From assembly GCA_964491515.1 (NCBI GenBank), contig CAZBGQ010000004.1, positions 18,326 through 82,325 on the forward strand: 64,000 nucleotides of DNA. The letters are read 5' to 3'. Below are positions 1-8,291 of the stretch, piece after piece; within the stretch, counting starts at the first letter, position 1; each line of letters begins with the position of its first letter. The notes beneath the pieces were generated by a model. It had not been told where the DNA came from, did not search any database, and saw only the letters and a list, made by a program, of their open reading frames with translations. The DNA comes from an uncultured Candidatus Peribacteria bacterium (lineage in GTDB: Bacteria > Patescibacteriota > Gracilibacteria > UBA1369 > UBA12473). Both the position numbers and the translations under genes were made by a program.

Positions 1-333
1 GAGTAGTCGTTCACAAGTCGCGGCTCCATATTCAGCACGTGTTATGTCTTCTATCCGTGTCCAGATGTCATCCCATTCTTCGGCTTTCAGATCGGTCACA
101 ACTCGTCGAGTTGTAGTGTTTAGTTTTGAATCCAAAAACACCAAATATGAGAAAAATTGTCGACCTCGCACTCCTGGCGTGAATCCATATCCTGGGTCCC
201 CACGAGATAGATCTACAACTTTTTCTTCACCCACATTCTCTCGGGCTATTCCTTGTAAAATTCGGAAAATCCTAAATGGATTATTCTCTGCAATGGAAAA
301 TCCCCATTGATTGTCAGTGAGTCGAAGGGTCAT
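1..333 (-). CDS. N-terminal 111 aa of a CDS that continues past the window start; possibly a PLP-dependent aminotransferase-like protein
   Basis: Absent from the supplied ORF track because it has no stop in the window. Reverse-strand ATG at 333-331, followed by 111 sense codons with no stop down to position 1 (checked codon by codon). Translation: MTLRLTDNQWGFSIAENNPF...VDLSRGDPGYGFTPGVRGRQFFSYLVFL. The RGDPGY..P...FF stretch resembles the N-terminal segment of class I/II (AsdA-like) aminotransferases. The product call is weak. Confidence 0.4.
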   Translation of the reverse strand, partial: MTLRLTDNQWGFSIAENNPFRIFRILQGIARENVGEEKVVDLSRGDPGYGFTPGVRGRQFFSYLVFLDSKLNTTTRRVVTDLKAEEWDDIWTRIEDITRAEYGAATCERLL

Positions 334-413
334 GTTGAGTGGGTCAAAAATAAGCGTCGTCACTATAACGAGGCTCTGGTATCCCCGCAAAGTAATTTGT
401 CACAATAAAGGTC

Positions 414-959
414 TTAGGCCCTTAGTTTCCACCACTTTTTCTTCTTAGGCGCCTCAAGTAGCTTAATCTGATCTTCGAGCGTTAGAATACGTTTCTGGAA
501 AATTTCAAGCAATTCAAACAAACGCTTTTTATCATCACGATGTTGTTGGATAAGTTGTGTCATCACCGACTGAAAATGAGCATCTAGTTTTTCGCTCTGA
601 GCGGGTGGAGGTTTAGGAGTTGCATTAATTTCTTGACGGTACTGATTGATTTTAAACGCTGGTTGCTGAGAGGGGGGCGCTTCACGGCCGACTGAGCTTT
701 CTGGTTTAACTTCTTTTACAATGGGATCAAATTCTTCCACTAGTTCTGCTTCTTCCGCTTCCTCTGTTGCATCGTCATTTTTTTCGCTCCCGAAATAATT
801 CATCAAACTATTTTTCTCAACCAAATAAGTGAAACCTTGTGGCGTCTTATATTTACGGTATCGAAGCTTGCTACCCTTCACCAACCGACGAATTGTTTGC
901 GGCGATTTATCGGCTAAAAGCGCGGCATCTTGCAGGCTGACATATTGATTATTCCCCAT
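414..959 (-). CDS. Excisionase/MerR-type helix-turn-helix DNA-binding protein with acidic linker and coiled-coil, Lys-rich tail
   Basis: The N-terminus VSLQDAALLADKSPQTIRRLVKGSKLRYRK fits the excisionase-family HTH pattern. The C-terminal half is low-complexity and helical (LFELLEIFQKRILTLEDQIKLLEAPKKKKWW). Confidence 0.6.
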   Translation of the reverse strand: MGNNQYVSLQDAALLADKSPQTIRRLVKGSKLRYRKYKTPQGFTYLVEKNSLMNYFGSEKNDDATEEAEEAELVEEFDPIVKEVKPESSVGREAPPSQQPAFKINQYRQEINATPKPPPAQSEKLDAHFQSVMTQLIQQHRDDKKRLFELLEIFQKRILTLEDQIKLLEAPKKKKWWKLRA

Positions 960-979
960 TCAAATCTGTTATGACTAGG

Positions 980-1044
980 CGCCGACTAATCAAGAAAATG
1001 ATTAGGTAACACGATTTATAGCGCATGATCGCCGACTAATCAAG
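980..1044. promoter_or_regulatory. Two identical 15-bp direct repeats (CGCCGACTAATCAAG) exactly 50 bp apart, in the promoter region of the HTH gene; candidate operator
   Basis: Copies at 980-994 and 1030-1044 were read directly from the sequence. They lie 21-85 nt upstream of the minus-strand start at 959. Confidence 0.4.
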
Positions 1045-1166
1045 CTCGAGTTTTCCGCTTCGTAAGAACGAAAGTAGCTAATCGTGGCTTGATGCAAGCA
1101 AAGAGGAGCTTATAAGGAGCACGCCTACGCCAAACAGGCGCACAGACGATATGTCTATGATTTTAG

Positions 1167-1241
1167 TGGTGGGTCAGGTGGGATTTGAACCCACGGCTGT
1201 CGGCTTAAAAGGCCGCCGCTCTACCCCTGAGCTACTGACCC
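1167..1241 (-). tRNA. tRNA-Lys (anticodon UUU), CCA encoded
   Basis: The reverse complement folds as a cloverleaf. Acceptor GGGTCAG/CTGACCC, D-arm GCTC-AGGGGTA-GAGC, anticodon loop CTTTTAA, T-arm GTGGG-TTCAAAT-CCCAC, discriminator A plus CCA. Confidence 0.9.
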
Positions 1242-1247
1242 ACCGGC

Positions 1248-1275
1248 ATTATACAGATCAGGGCTGAAACGCCAA
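1248..1275 (-). promoter_or_regulatory. Sigma70-like promoter for tRNA-Lys
   Basis: On the minus strand: TTGGCG, a 16-nt spacer, then a perfect TATAAT ending 6 nt before the tRNA 5' end. Confidence 0.45.
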
Positions 1276-1498
1276 GAGAATTTTTTTTACCCACATTTTC
1301 ATTCGTGGCCTATTCATCGGCCGTTCATTAAATGTTCATGATCTCATGATTGAACCTTGGAGTTTTGAACAGTAGAATTCATTTGACATGACCTCGAAAT
1401 CGAACCTGGAAATATGGTCTCCCAAATTTGCAATTCTACAGTTAAAAAAACGCGACCACAAAAACATTGACGCACGGCACAAACCTCCCTCCTTCTCT

Positions 1499-2053
1499 TT
1501 ACTCCTCCTGTCCTTCCAGAAAGCTCACCACTACAAATGCGATTGCCGGCAATGAGAACCATAAACTGTGGTTTTCAATCATAAGTTGAACCAGTATTGA
1601 CTCACTTCCTAAGGTTGCCGCCGTTTGGAGGCCATCTGCAGCAATCAGGGATAGTCCGGATACATACAATAGTAGAGTGCTTACAATCAGACCTGCATTT
1701 AGCACCCCAAACAAGAATGTGATCAAAAATCGCACCATCATTTTCTGCTCATTGAGAATAGACACAACAAATCCACCTCGTACTGAAATGATTACGATCA
1801 CGGTGATAAAAATCAAAATCTTCATCATGATGAAAAACTCATCCGAATTTGGCCCATCGAGGAATTTCAAGATTGGCTGAGGCCCCCCTAAGTATTTTTC
1901 TACTAAATTCGCTAAACCATCAGCGGTAAGCGCTGCAATGTAACTTCCGATAATGATCTTGAGAGTCTGGTTGCGCCCCACAATAAAGCTGTAAGCAATA
2001 ATGATGGAGAAAAACACAACAATGAACAGGTCCCAGGAGAGTTGAACATTCAT
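1499..2053 (-). CDS. Integral membrane protein, CvpA-like (colicin V production family), putative
   Basis: 184 aa with 4-5 hydrophobic helices. The N-terminal DLFIVVFFSIIIAYSFIVGRNQTL pattern resembles the CvpA family. No search was run. Confidence 0.5.
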   Translation of the reverse strand: MNVQLSWDLFIVVFFSIIIAYSFIVGRNQTLKIIIGSYIAALTADGLANLVEKYLGGPQPILKFLDGPNSDEFFIMMKILIFITVIVIISVRGGFVVSILNEQKMMVRFLITFLFGVLNAGLIVSTLLLYVSGLSLIAADGLQTAATLGSESILVQLMIENHSLWFSLPAIAFVVVSFLEGQEE

Positions 2054-2068
2054 ATCCCTATGGTAGCC

Positions 2069-3187
2069 TTACCTAATCAACTTTTCAAGAAAACCGCCTT
2101 CACCTTTTATATCTAGCCCGGATTCTTTGACTAAGTCTGCGTAAAGCTCTTTCTCGCGTTTTGATAGTTTCTTGGGAATTTCAACACTTACCTTTACATA
2201 GTGATCCCCGTTTCCGTTTCCACGCATGTGTGGAATTCCTTTTCCTTTTACCTTGAAGACTTGATCAGACTGTGTGCCAGCAGGAATTTTGAGAGTCACA
2301 CCTCCATGTAGCGTTTCAATAGTAACCTCATCCCCCAGGACACTTTGTAGTAGGTGTAGATTTTGAGCCGAGTGCACATCGTATCCACGTCGTTCAAATT
2401 GAGCGTGTGGACGAATCTGAATATGTAGATAAAGGTCTCCATAGTTTCCTCCACGTATGCCGGCCTCTCCTTTTCCCTGGAGTCGTATGGTGGCTCCATT
2501 CTCAATCCCCGCAGGAATTTTTACGGTGACCAGGCTTTTTTGGCGTGTTCGCATTTGGCCATGGCAGCTTTTACATTTCTTTTCGGGGATTTTCCCCTGA
2601 CCTTGGCAACGTGTACAAGTACGCATGGTTTGAATCTGACCTAGGATGGTTTGACGCACTGAGCGTACTTGTCCCGTTCCTTGGCACTCTTCACACGTTA
2701 TAATGGAACTTCCTTTTTCGGCGCCAACTCCTTCACAGGGAGTACAGATATCAGCCTTGGTGAGTTCTAGTTGTTTTTCGGAGCCAAAGGCAGCCTCCTC
2801 AAATGAAAGAGTTAGAAGACTTTCTATATCATTGCCTGGCTGTGGCCCATTGGGCTTGGGGCGTGAGCTACGTCCTCCCCTCCCTCCAAAGAAAGTTTCA
2901 AATACATCTGAAAAGTCTCCACTAAAACTAGAAGGATCAAATCCAGAAAAACCACCGCCACCCCCACCGTTACCAGTAGATCCGAATTGATCATATTGTC
3001 GCCGTTTCTTATTATCTGACAATACCTCGTAAGCAAGATTTACTTCTTTGAATTTAGTTTCAGCCTCAGGTTTGTCCGCATTCACATCTGGGTGATACTT
3101 CTGGGCCAGCTTGCGGTATGATCGTTTGATGTCTGCATCAGAGGCATCTTTGGAGACACCTAAAACATCGTAAAGATTTTTTTCCAT
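2069..3187 (-). CDS. dnaJ: Molecular chaperone DnaJ
   Basis: J-domain with YDVLGV...HPD, a Gly-rich linker, and four CxxCxGxG zinc motifs ([31 protein letters not shown]). I chose the start at [11 protein letters not shown] (3187). A TTTACA-16-TATAAT promoter lies inside the longer ORF-track extension to 3280. Confidence 0.95.
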   Translation of the reverse strand: MEKNLYDVLGVSKDASDADIKRSYRKLAQKYHPDVNADKPEAETKFKEVNLAYEVLSDNKKRRQYDQFGSTGNGGGGGGFSGFDPSSFSGDFSDVFETFFGGRGGRSSRPKPNGPQPGNDIESLLTLSFEEAAFGSEKQLELTKADICTPCEGVGAEKGSSIITCEECQGTGQVRSVRQTILGQIQTMRTCTRCQGQGKIPEKKCKSCHGQMRTRQKSLVTVKIPAGIENGATIRLQGKGEAGIRGGNYGDLYLHIQIRPHAQFERRGYDVHSAQNLHLLQSVLGDEVTIETLHGGVTLKIPAGTQSDQVFKVKGKGIPHMRGNGNGDHYVKVSVEIPKKLSKREKELYADLVKESGLDIKGEGGFLEKLIR

Positions 3188-3232
3188 AGTGGACACAGTG
3201 TAGCAAAAAGATCGGAAAAGCCAACAGGTTGG

Positions 3233-3260
3233 ATTATAAAACATACAAAAGGATTGTAAA
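3233..3260 (-). promoter_or_regulatory. Sigma70-like promoter for dnaJ
   Basis: On the minus strand: TTTACA (3260-3255), a 16-nt spacer, then a perfect TATAAT (3238-3233), about 46 nt upstream of the chosen dnaJ start. Confidence 0.5.
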
Positions 3261-3392
3261 GGGGAATTAATAAATAACACAAAACCGATTTTTTGCTCAT
3301 CTGTAAGACCAGGACAGGTTGTTGGGGTATCAATAATGAGTGCATAGGGTCACTGGTGCTTGGATATGTCCTCAAAGGGATGATCCCGGGGC

Positions 3393-3738
3393 TTTGACTA
3401 GTCAAAGGGGCGTGTTGATTAACTACTAAATTTGATTCCTCTCGAAAAGTGAAAGTATATTAGGAAACATTTAGGGTTGATTAGTCAAAGAGGCAAATGG
3501 TGAATAGGCGAGAAATCCCTTCTGTTAAATAGAAATAGGGATTGGCACTAGTATGACTAGTCGGAATTAGTGACTACTACTTGTTTGAAGAATGTGCATA
3601 AGTTGTGGAAAAGATGTTGATAAGTCGAAGCCCATTTTTTTGTGAACTTTTTTGTAATTTAAAATGGCGATAATCGTTTACAAATAAACAAAAAGGTGGA
3701 CCTGAGTAGTCGACAAGTCTGACATGTTGGGTAGTCAA
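3393..3738. repeat. Cluster of TAGTC-core inverted-repeat sites in a ~590-bp non-coding region
   Basis: Perfect 14-bp palindrome TTTGACTAGTCAAA at 3393-3406. Near-copy TTGATTAGTCAAAG at 3477-3490. GACTAGTC at 3555-3562. TAGTCGA at 3707-3713. TAGTCAA at 3732-3738. Confidence 0.5.
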
Positions 3739-3875
3739 CGGGTCGATAGAAAACGTTTCGAGGTTCTATTTAGGGCTTGCGCAAGCGAAAAAGGCCTTGC
3801 TCTGGGTTTCAGGATACAGTAAGGTTCGAAAGGTAATATTTTCTCCAGGGGGCCTCAGGCAGAAGCCAAAAACAG

Positions 3876-3951
3876 GGTCCCATCGTCTAGTGGCCTAGGA
3901 CACCACCCTCTCACGGTGGAGACACGGGTTCGACTCCCGTTGGGACTACCA
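3876..3951 (+). tRNA. tRNA-Glu (anticodon CUC), CCA encoded
   Basis: Very close to the canonical bacterial tRNA-Glu layout. Acceptor GGTCCCA/TGGGACT, D-region GTCTAGTGGCCTAGGAC, anticodon stem-loop CCACC-CTCTCAC-GGTGG, T-arm ACGGG-TTCGACT-CCCGT, then A-CCA. Confidence 0.9.
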
Positions 3952-4331
3952 AGTAGTGAAGGCCAATGAAAGGCTCCCCAGAAGAGGAAATTAAAAACAT
4001 AAAAACAAATCATGTCACCAGAATGAGAGTAACGATTGTAACGGCTCCAGAGTTATCTATACACGTACGATTGAAGGATAAGACCGCACCTTGAAAACTA
4101 GTGAAAAAAGAGACCGATGAACCTGAAAAGTTCGTCCCGAATATTATGTGAATGATTGAGTTAGTTCTCATGTCTGACCTTATTGCATAGGTCAAAGTTT
4201 AATTTCAAATTACGATTCCTCTTTATGAGGCGACGCCCCCTTACCTATATATAGGCGGCGGTCCCACTAGATTGGATTCCTTATTTTTCTTAGTTAGTTT
4301 CATTATTTATTTTTTTAATACTCTCCACATT

Positions 4332-7300
4332 ATGGAAAAGTTACGCAAATTCATTGCGGGCTTGAGTGTGACTGCGCTTCTCGCATCCGTTATCGGATTC
4401 GGGGCCATCGCCTCAGCTGCTACTTTCACCGATGTTGACAGTGACCATTGGGCTTATAGCTCTGTGGAGGATCTCGCCAGCCAAGGCGTAGTCGAAGGAT
4501 TCAGCGATGGATCATTCGGTTGTGCTGCTACGGCTAACCGTGCGGAATTCTCAAAGATGGTTGCTCTCGCATTCGGTTTCGACGCTAGTACGGATTACGA
4601 TGCCGGCTTCAGCGATGTATCAAGCGATGCTTGGTATGCTGGGTACGTAAACGTGCTTGCACAAAATGGTGTCGTTGGTGGTTACACTGACGCGGACGGC
4701 GATGCTACCGGACTATTTGGTCCTGGTGACACTGTCACTCGCGCAGCTGCTGCCAAGATGCTTGTTGCTGCCGCTGGTCTTGAGACCATGTCAGGTGGTA
4801 ACTATTTCTCAGATGTCTCATCTGGAGCTTGGTACTACGATGCTGTTGAAACTCTTTACGCTAATAGCGTAGTAGACGGATACGGTGACGGACGATTTGG
4901 CCCTGGTGACGACCTACAACGTTGTGCTCTAGCCAAAATGGTTGTTGGAGCTCAGAACCCTGTCCTTCGAGACATGGGTGACGACGACGTTACTGGTGAC
5001 GACGACGAAGTTGTTGATCCAGAAGAAGAAGTTGTAGTATCTACTGGTGCTTTGTCTGTCGCTATGGGAGACACTGTTACTGGTGCCGCTGTACCTAAAG
5101 GTGCAACCGGTGTTGAAATGCTCAACGTTGAAGTCAGTGCTGCTTCCGACGCCGTTCGTTTGAACGAGTTGGTGTTTCACAGACATGGAGTTGGTGCAAG
5201 CACCGATTTCTCTAATGTTTACCTTTACGAAGGAGCTGATCGTCTCACAACTGGTCGAACAATCAGTTCAGAGACTAATAACGTTACCTTCAGTGGTTTA
5301 CGTCTAGATCTTGATGCCGGAGAAACTCGAACACTTACTGTTGTTGGTGATTTCGCTACTGGCGCTAGTGCTTCTAATACAGACGGATTTGAATTGTTGA
5401 GTGCGGATGGAGTTAGCCACAATGGCGCTTCAACCGGAGGGACTTTCCCACTCGTCGGTCCTGCCTTCTCTGTTAGTGGAGCATCTGCTGGATCTGTTAC
5501 TATTACTAAACAAGGAAGCCTTTCCAACGTAACTGTTGGTGACGAAGGCGCTCAGGTTGCTAAATTCAGACTCTCCGCTTCAGGAGAAGATGTTTGGCTA
5601 CACAATGTTGCTCTTCGATTACGTGGAAGCGTCAGTTCTTCTCTCGTATCAAACTTCACACTCTGGCAAGGTACTACCGAGCTAGCTACTGTTGATGCTT
5701 TGAACAGTCAAGACTTGATGGTCTTCGTGTTAGCTGATCCACTTGAGATCGACAACGGAAGTGATACTAACTTCACAGTGACTGCCGATATCGGCGCTGC
5801 TGATGCCAATGACACGATTCTCATCGACCTTGATGAAGATACTGACTTGGTAGCGGTTGGAGCTGTTTATGGTTACGGAGCTCAAGTTGATTCTGATGAC
5901 TCAAATGGTTATGACGGAAATACAACAAGTGCTGTAACTTCTAGTTGTTCTGGTTGGACAGATGCATCTTGTGTGACTGTGGAAGGTGGACAATTCACCA
6001 TTTCATTCAACGGTCCTTCAACATCTGATATTCCTACCAATGGTAACGACGTTGTTTTTGGTCGCTACACACTCACTTCTGAAGTGGATGTTGAAGTTCG
6101 ACAACTACAAGTTACTTTTGCAATGACAACTGTCGATGCAGCTGGAGGTCTTTATAATACAACAGCGTCTACTCCTAACTTCACCAACATTAAACTTGTT
6201 GACGAAGATACAGGAGACGTTCTTGGGTCACCTCAAGATCTTGATTCAAGTAGCGATACAAGCCAAACTTTGGATTACACAGACATCTTCTACATTGATG
6301 CAGGAGAATCTAGAAATCTTAAAGTAACAGCTGATGTTGCTAATAACTCTTCATTGGACGGACAAATCATCACAGCTACACTAGAAGAAATTAGTACTAG
6401 TGAAGGTGTTCGTGATCTATCTACTGGTGAATATGTTACGGATATTGTTCCAGCTAGCGCTGTTGCAGGTAATCCAATGACCGTTCAAACACCTACTCTA
6501 TCTGTAGCCTTGGCTTCTCCAAGTACTTCAGACACGATTGTAAAAGGAACTAACGACTTCGATGCAGGCTTCTTTGCCTTCACCGCTGGCGATGCCAGTG
6601 ACATTACTGTCACAGACATGACTGTTTCTTGTTACTTCGATGAGGATGCTGATTCAACTGCTGCAAAGGGATCTGAGAATTCTCAGCTCTGTTCTGACGT
6701 TGTAACTTCAATCACTCTATTCGATGGTGATGGTGCTCAAGTATCTACCTCAAGCAAAACCTTCTCTTCTGCAGGTGAAGCTACTTTCACTGGTATGACT
6801 TGGACTATCCCTGCTGGACAGACAGAACGTCTTGTCCCAGTTGTAAACATCGGACGAAGTGGTGTACCTACTGCAGGTACTAGCGATATCTTCGCAATTG
6901 ATTTCACTACTTTAAGTACTGATGTCACTGCTCAAGATGTGGATGGGAATAGTGTCACTTTGAGTGGAACTACTCCAAATGGAGGAACAACTCCAACACG
7001 TGAGATCACGGTTCAAACCGCCGGTCTTATCACTGTTGCTGCCTCTAACGATCCTATCCGAGATGACAAAGTTCTTGCTAACGATAACTCTGCCAACCCA
7101 ACGTTGGTAAGTCGTTTCAAGATCTATGGTCAAGACGAAGACTTCCAAGTCACTGAGCTAGCATTCGAAAACGATGCTACTGGTGCAACCCTCCTTGAAA
7201 ATGACGGAGCGGTTATGAGTGTCTACCTACAATACCCAACTTCACTTAGTGCTCCAGACGTACTTGATGGATCAGCTTCTACTATTCTAAATAGTAGCGG

Positions 7301-8135
7301 TCAAGCACTATTCACTGGTCTTGATATGATGGTTCCTGAATCAGAAACCAGTGAGAATGCTGTGAACGTTGAAGTATATGTCACTACTAATGCAGTAGGA
7401 CAAGGTAGTGTTAGTGGTGATCTAGTCGTAATGGACTTCAATGAAGGCCTAGGATTTAAAGCTGTTGGGCAAGGTTCTGGAACCACGGTAACTCATGGTT
7501 CAGCTGCTACGCTCTTCGGTACCACCTCTGATATTGCTGGAAATGCAATCGCTATCTATAAGAGTTTGCCAACCTTCGCTAAAGATACGTCAAGCACAGC
7601 CCCATGTCCTGCTTCAGGATTGGTTGCTGGTTCTGACTCAGCAGTTTACTGTTTCTCAGTCACTGCAAGCTCTGGAGGAGACGTTGCTCTTTATCAGTTG
7701 ACCTTTGATGCAACTCAAAACCTACTTAACACAGGTACATTGGGTGGAACTGCCGGATTCACGCTCTTCAAGTATGAAAGCGATGGAGGCATCATTCAAA
7801 GCTCACTCGGAAGTGGAACATGGGCTAGCAATCAAGTTGCTATCTCCTTCACCTCTGAGGAATTGGTCAGTAAGTCAGCAACTAACTACTACGTGCTTAA
7901 GGCACCGGTTACTTACACTGACAGTACTGATACATCAAGTTTGAGTGTTCGTTTGGCAGCTGAGACCGTAACGGAGCACACTGCTAACGTAGCTGCAGCC
8001 GCTGCTGCTGCTGCCGGACTACAAGCTTGGTCTGATATCTCAGCTACTACTCACTCTGTGACTAGTACTGATTGGACCAATGCTTACAAGCTTGAGAACC
8101 TACCTAGTGGATACCTACAGCTCTCTGAGTCGTAG
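4332..8135 (+). CDS. SLH-domain surface-layer (S-layer-type) protein, 1267 aa, with signal peptide
   Basis: Signal peptide MEKLRKFIAGLSVTALLASVIGFGAIASA. Three SLH repeats (FTDVDSDHWAY..., FSDVSSDAWYAGYV..., FSDVSSGAWYYDAV...GYGDGRFGPGD). An acidic linker, then degenerate Thr/Ser/Asp-rich modules of about 110-130 aa, and a C-terminal poly-Ala. Start taken at the ATG at 4332 rather than the TTG at 4272. Confidence 0.85.
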   Translation: MEKLRKFIAGLSVTALLASVIGFGAIASAATFTDVDSDHWAYSSVEDLASQGVVEGFSDGSFGCAATANRAEFSKMVALAFGFDASTDYDAGFSDVSSDAWYAGYVNVLAQNGVVGGYTDADGDATGLFGPGDTVTRAAAAKMLVAAAGLETMSGGNYFSDVSSGAWYYDAVETLYANSVVDGYGDGRFGPGDDLQRCALAKMVVGAQNPVLRDMGDDDVTGDDDEVVDPEEEVVVSTGALSVAMGDTVTGAAVPKGATGVEMLNVEVSAASDAVRLNELVFHRHGVGASTDFSNVYLYEGADRLTTGRTISSETNNVTFSGLRLDLDAGETRTLTVVGDFATGASASNTDGFELLSADGVSHNGASTGGTFPLVGPAFSVSGASAGSVTITKQGSLSNVTVGDEGAQVAKFRLSASGEDVWLHNVALRLRGSVSSSLVSNFTLWQGTTELATVDALNSQDLMVFVLADPLEIDNGSDTNFTVTADIGAADANDTILIDLDEDTDLVAVGAVYGYGAQVDSDDSNGYDGNTTSAVTSSCSGWTDASCVTVEGGQFTISFNGPSTSDIPTNGNDVVFGRYTLTSEVDVEVRQLQVTFAMTTVDAAGGLYNTTASTPNFTNIKLVDEDTGDVLGSPQDLDSSSDTSQTLDYTDIFYIDAGESRNLKVTADVANNSSLDGQIITATLEEISTSEGVRDLSTGEYVTDIVPASAVAGNPMTVQTPTLSVALASPSTSDTIVKGTNDFDAGFFAFTAGDASDITVTDMTVSCYFDEDADSTAAKGSENSQLCSDVVTSITLFDGDGAQVSTSSKTFSSAGEATFTGMTWTIPAGQTERLVPVVNIGRSGVPTAGTSDIFAIDFTTLSTDVTAQDVDGNSVTLSGTTPNGGTTPTREITVQTAGLITVAASNDPIRDDKVLANDNSANPTLVSRFKIYGQDEDFQVTELAFENDATGATLLENDGAVMSVYLQYPTSLSAPDVLDGSASTILNSSGQALFTGLDMMVPESETSENAVNVEVYVTTNAVGQGSVSGDLVVMDFNEGLGFKAVGQGSGTTVTHGSAATLFGTTSDIAGNAIAIYKSLPTFAKDTSSTAPCPASGLVAGSDSAVYCFSVTASSGGDVALYQLTFDATQNLLNTGTLGGTAGFTLFKYESDGGIIQSSLGSGTWASNQVAISFTSEELVSKSATNYYVLKAPVTYTDSTDTSSLSVRLAAETVTEHTANVAAAAAAAAGLQAWSDISATTHSVTSTDWTNAYKLENLPSGYLQLSES

Positions 8136-8178
8136 ACTAGAAACGAAGTAAGTCTCTTAGCTACTAGCTAACATTTAA

Positions 8179-8206
8179 GGGTCCCCCGAAAGGGGGGCCC
8201 TTTTTG
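8179..8206 (+). terminator. Rho-independent terminator after the S-layer gene
   Basis: GGGTCCCCC-GAAA-GGGGGGCCC hairpin (9 bp, including one G-T pair), followed by TTTTT. Confidence 0.8.
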
Positions 8207-8253
8207 TGTATAAAGAACACGCCGAAAAAGGTTTATCTGCTTAGGGACTGAGA

Positions 8254-8262
8254 TGTTATAAT
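8254..8262 (+). promoter_or_regulatory. Extended -10 promoter element (TGTTATAAT) ahead of the glycan gene block
   Basis: TGnTATAAT at 8254-8262, 30 nt upstream of the ATG at 8292. The -35 is weak. Confidence 0.4.
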
Positions 8263-8291
8263 AAAAAAGATTAATTTTTCTTTTGCTAATA

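Noticed and set aside
44-310. 88-aa plus-strand ORF from the track
   Set aside because: Its composition looks like an antisense artefact. The opposite strand carries an uninterrupted 111-codon ORF (1-333) with a plausible protein sequence, so I annotate the minus-strand gene instead.
1344-1562. 72-aa minus-strand ORF overlapping the end of the CvpA-like gene
   Set aside because: It overlaps a better-supported gene, has an Arg/Cys-rich improbable sequence, and has no start context.
3188-3280. N-terminal extension of dnaJ in the ORF track. The same issue applies to the extensions at 4272-4331, 11479-11538, 45080-45175, 47558-47602 and 59708-59764.
   Set aside because: For dnaJ, the canonical family N-terminus begins at an internal Met ([11 protein letters not shown]) and the extension contains a good promoter. 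For the others, the extension overlaps the upstream gene or replaces a signal peptide or Rossmann start with implausible sequence.
3281-3875. Heat-shock operators (CIRCE, HAIR, CtsR box) upstream of dnaJ, and a hidden ncRNA (SRP RNA, RNase P RNA, tmRNA, 6S)
   Set aside because: I found no match to TTAGCACTC-N9-GAGTGCTAA, CTTGAGT-N7-ACTCAAG or a GGTCAAA tandem. I also found none of the universally conserved ncRNA motifs (GAGGAAAGTCC for RNase P, a GGAAGCAGCC-type SRP domain IV, a tmRNA tRNA-like end). Only the TAGTC repeats are reported.
7985-8015. GCT/GCC/GCA run encoding poly-Ala near the S-layer C-terminus, considered as a contingency repeat
   Set aside because: Only about four perfect GCT units, interrupted by synonymous variants. 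Length changes would be in-frame, so this is not an ON/OFF switch.
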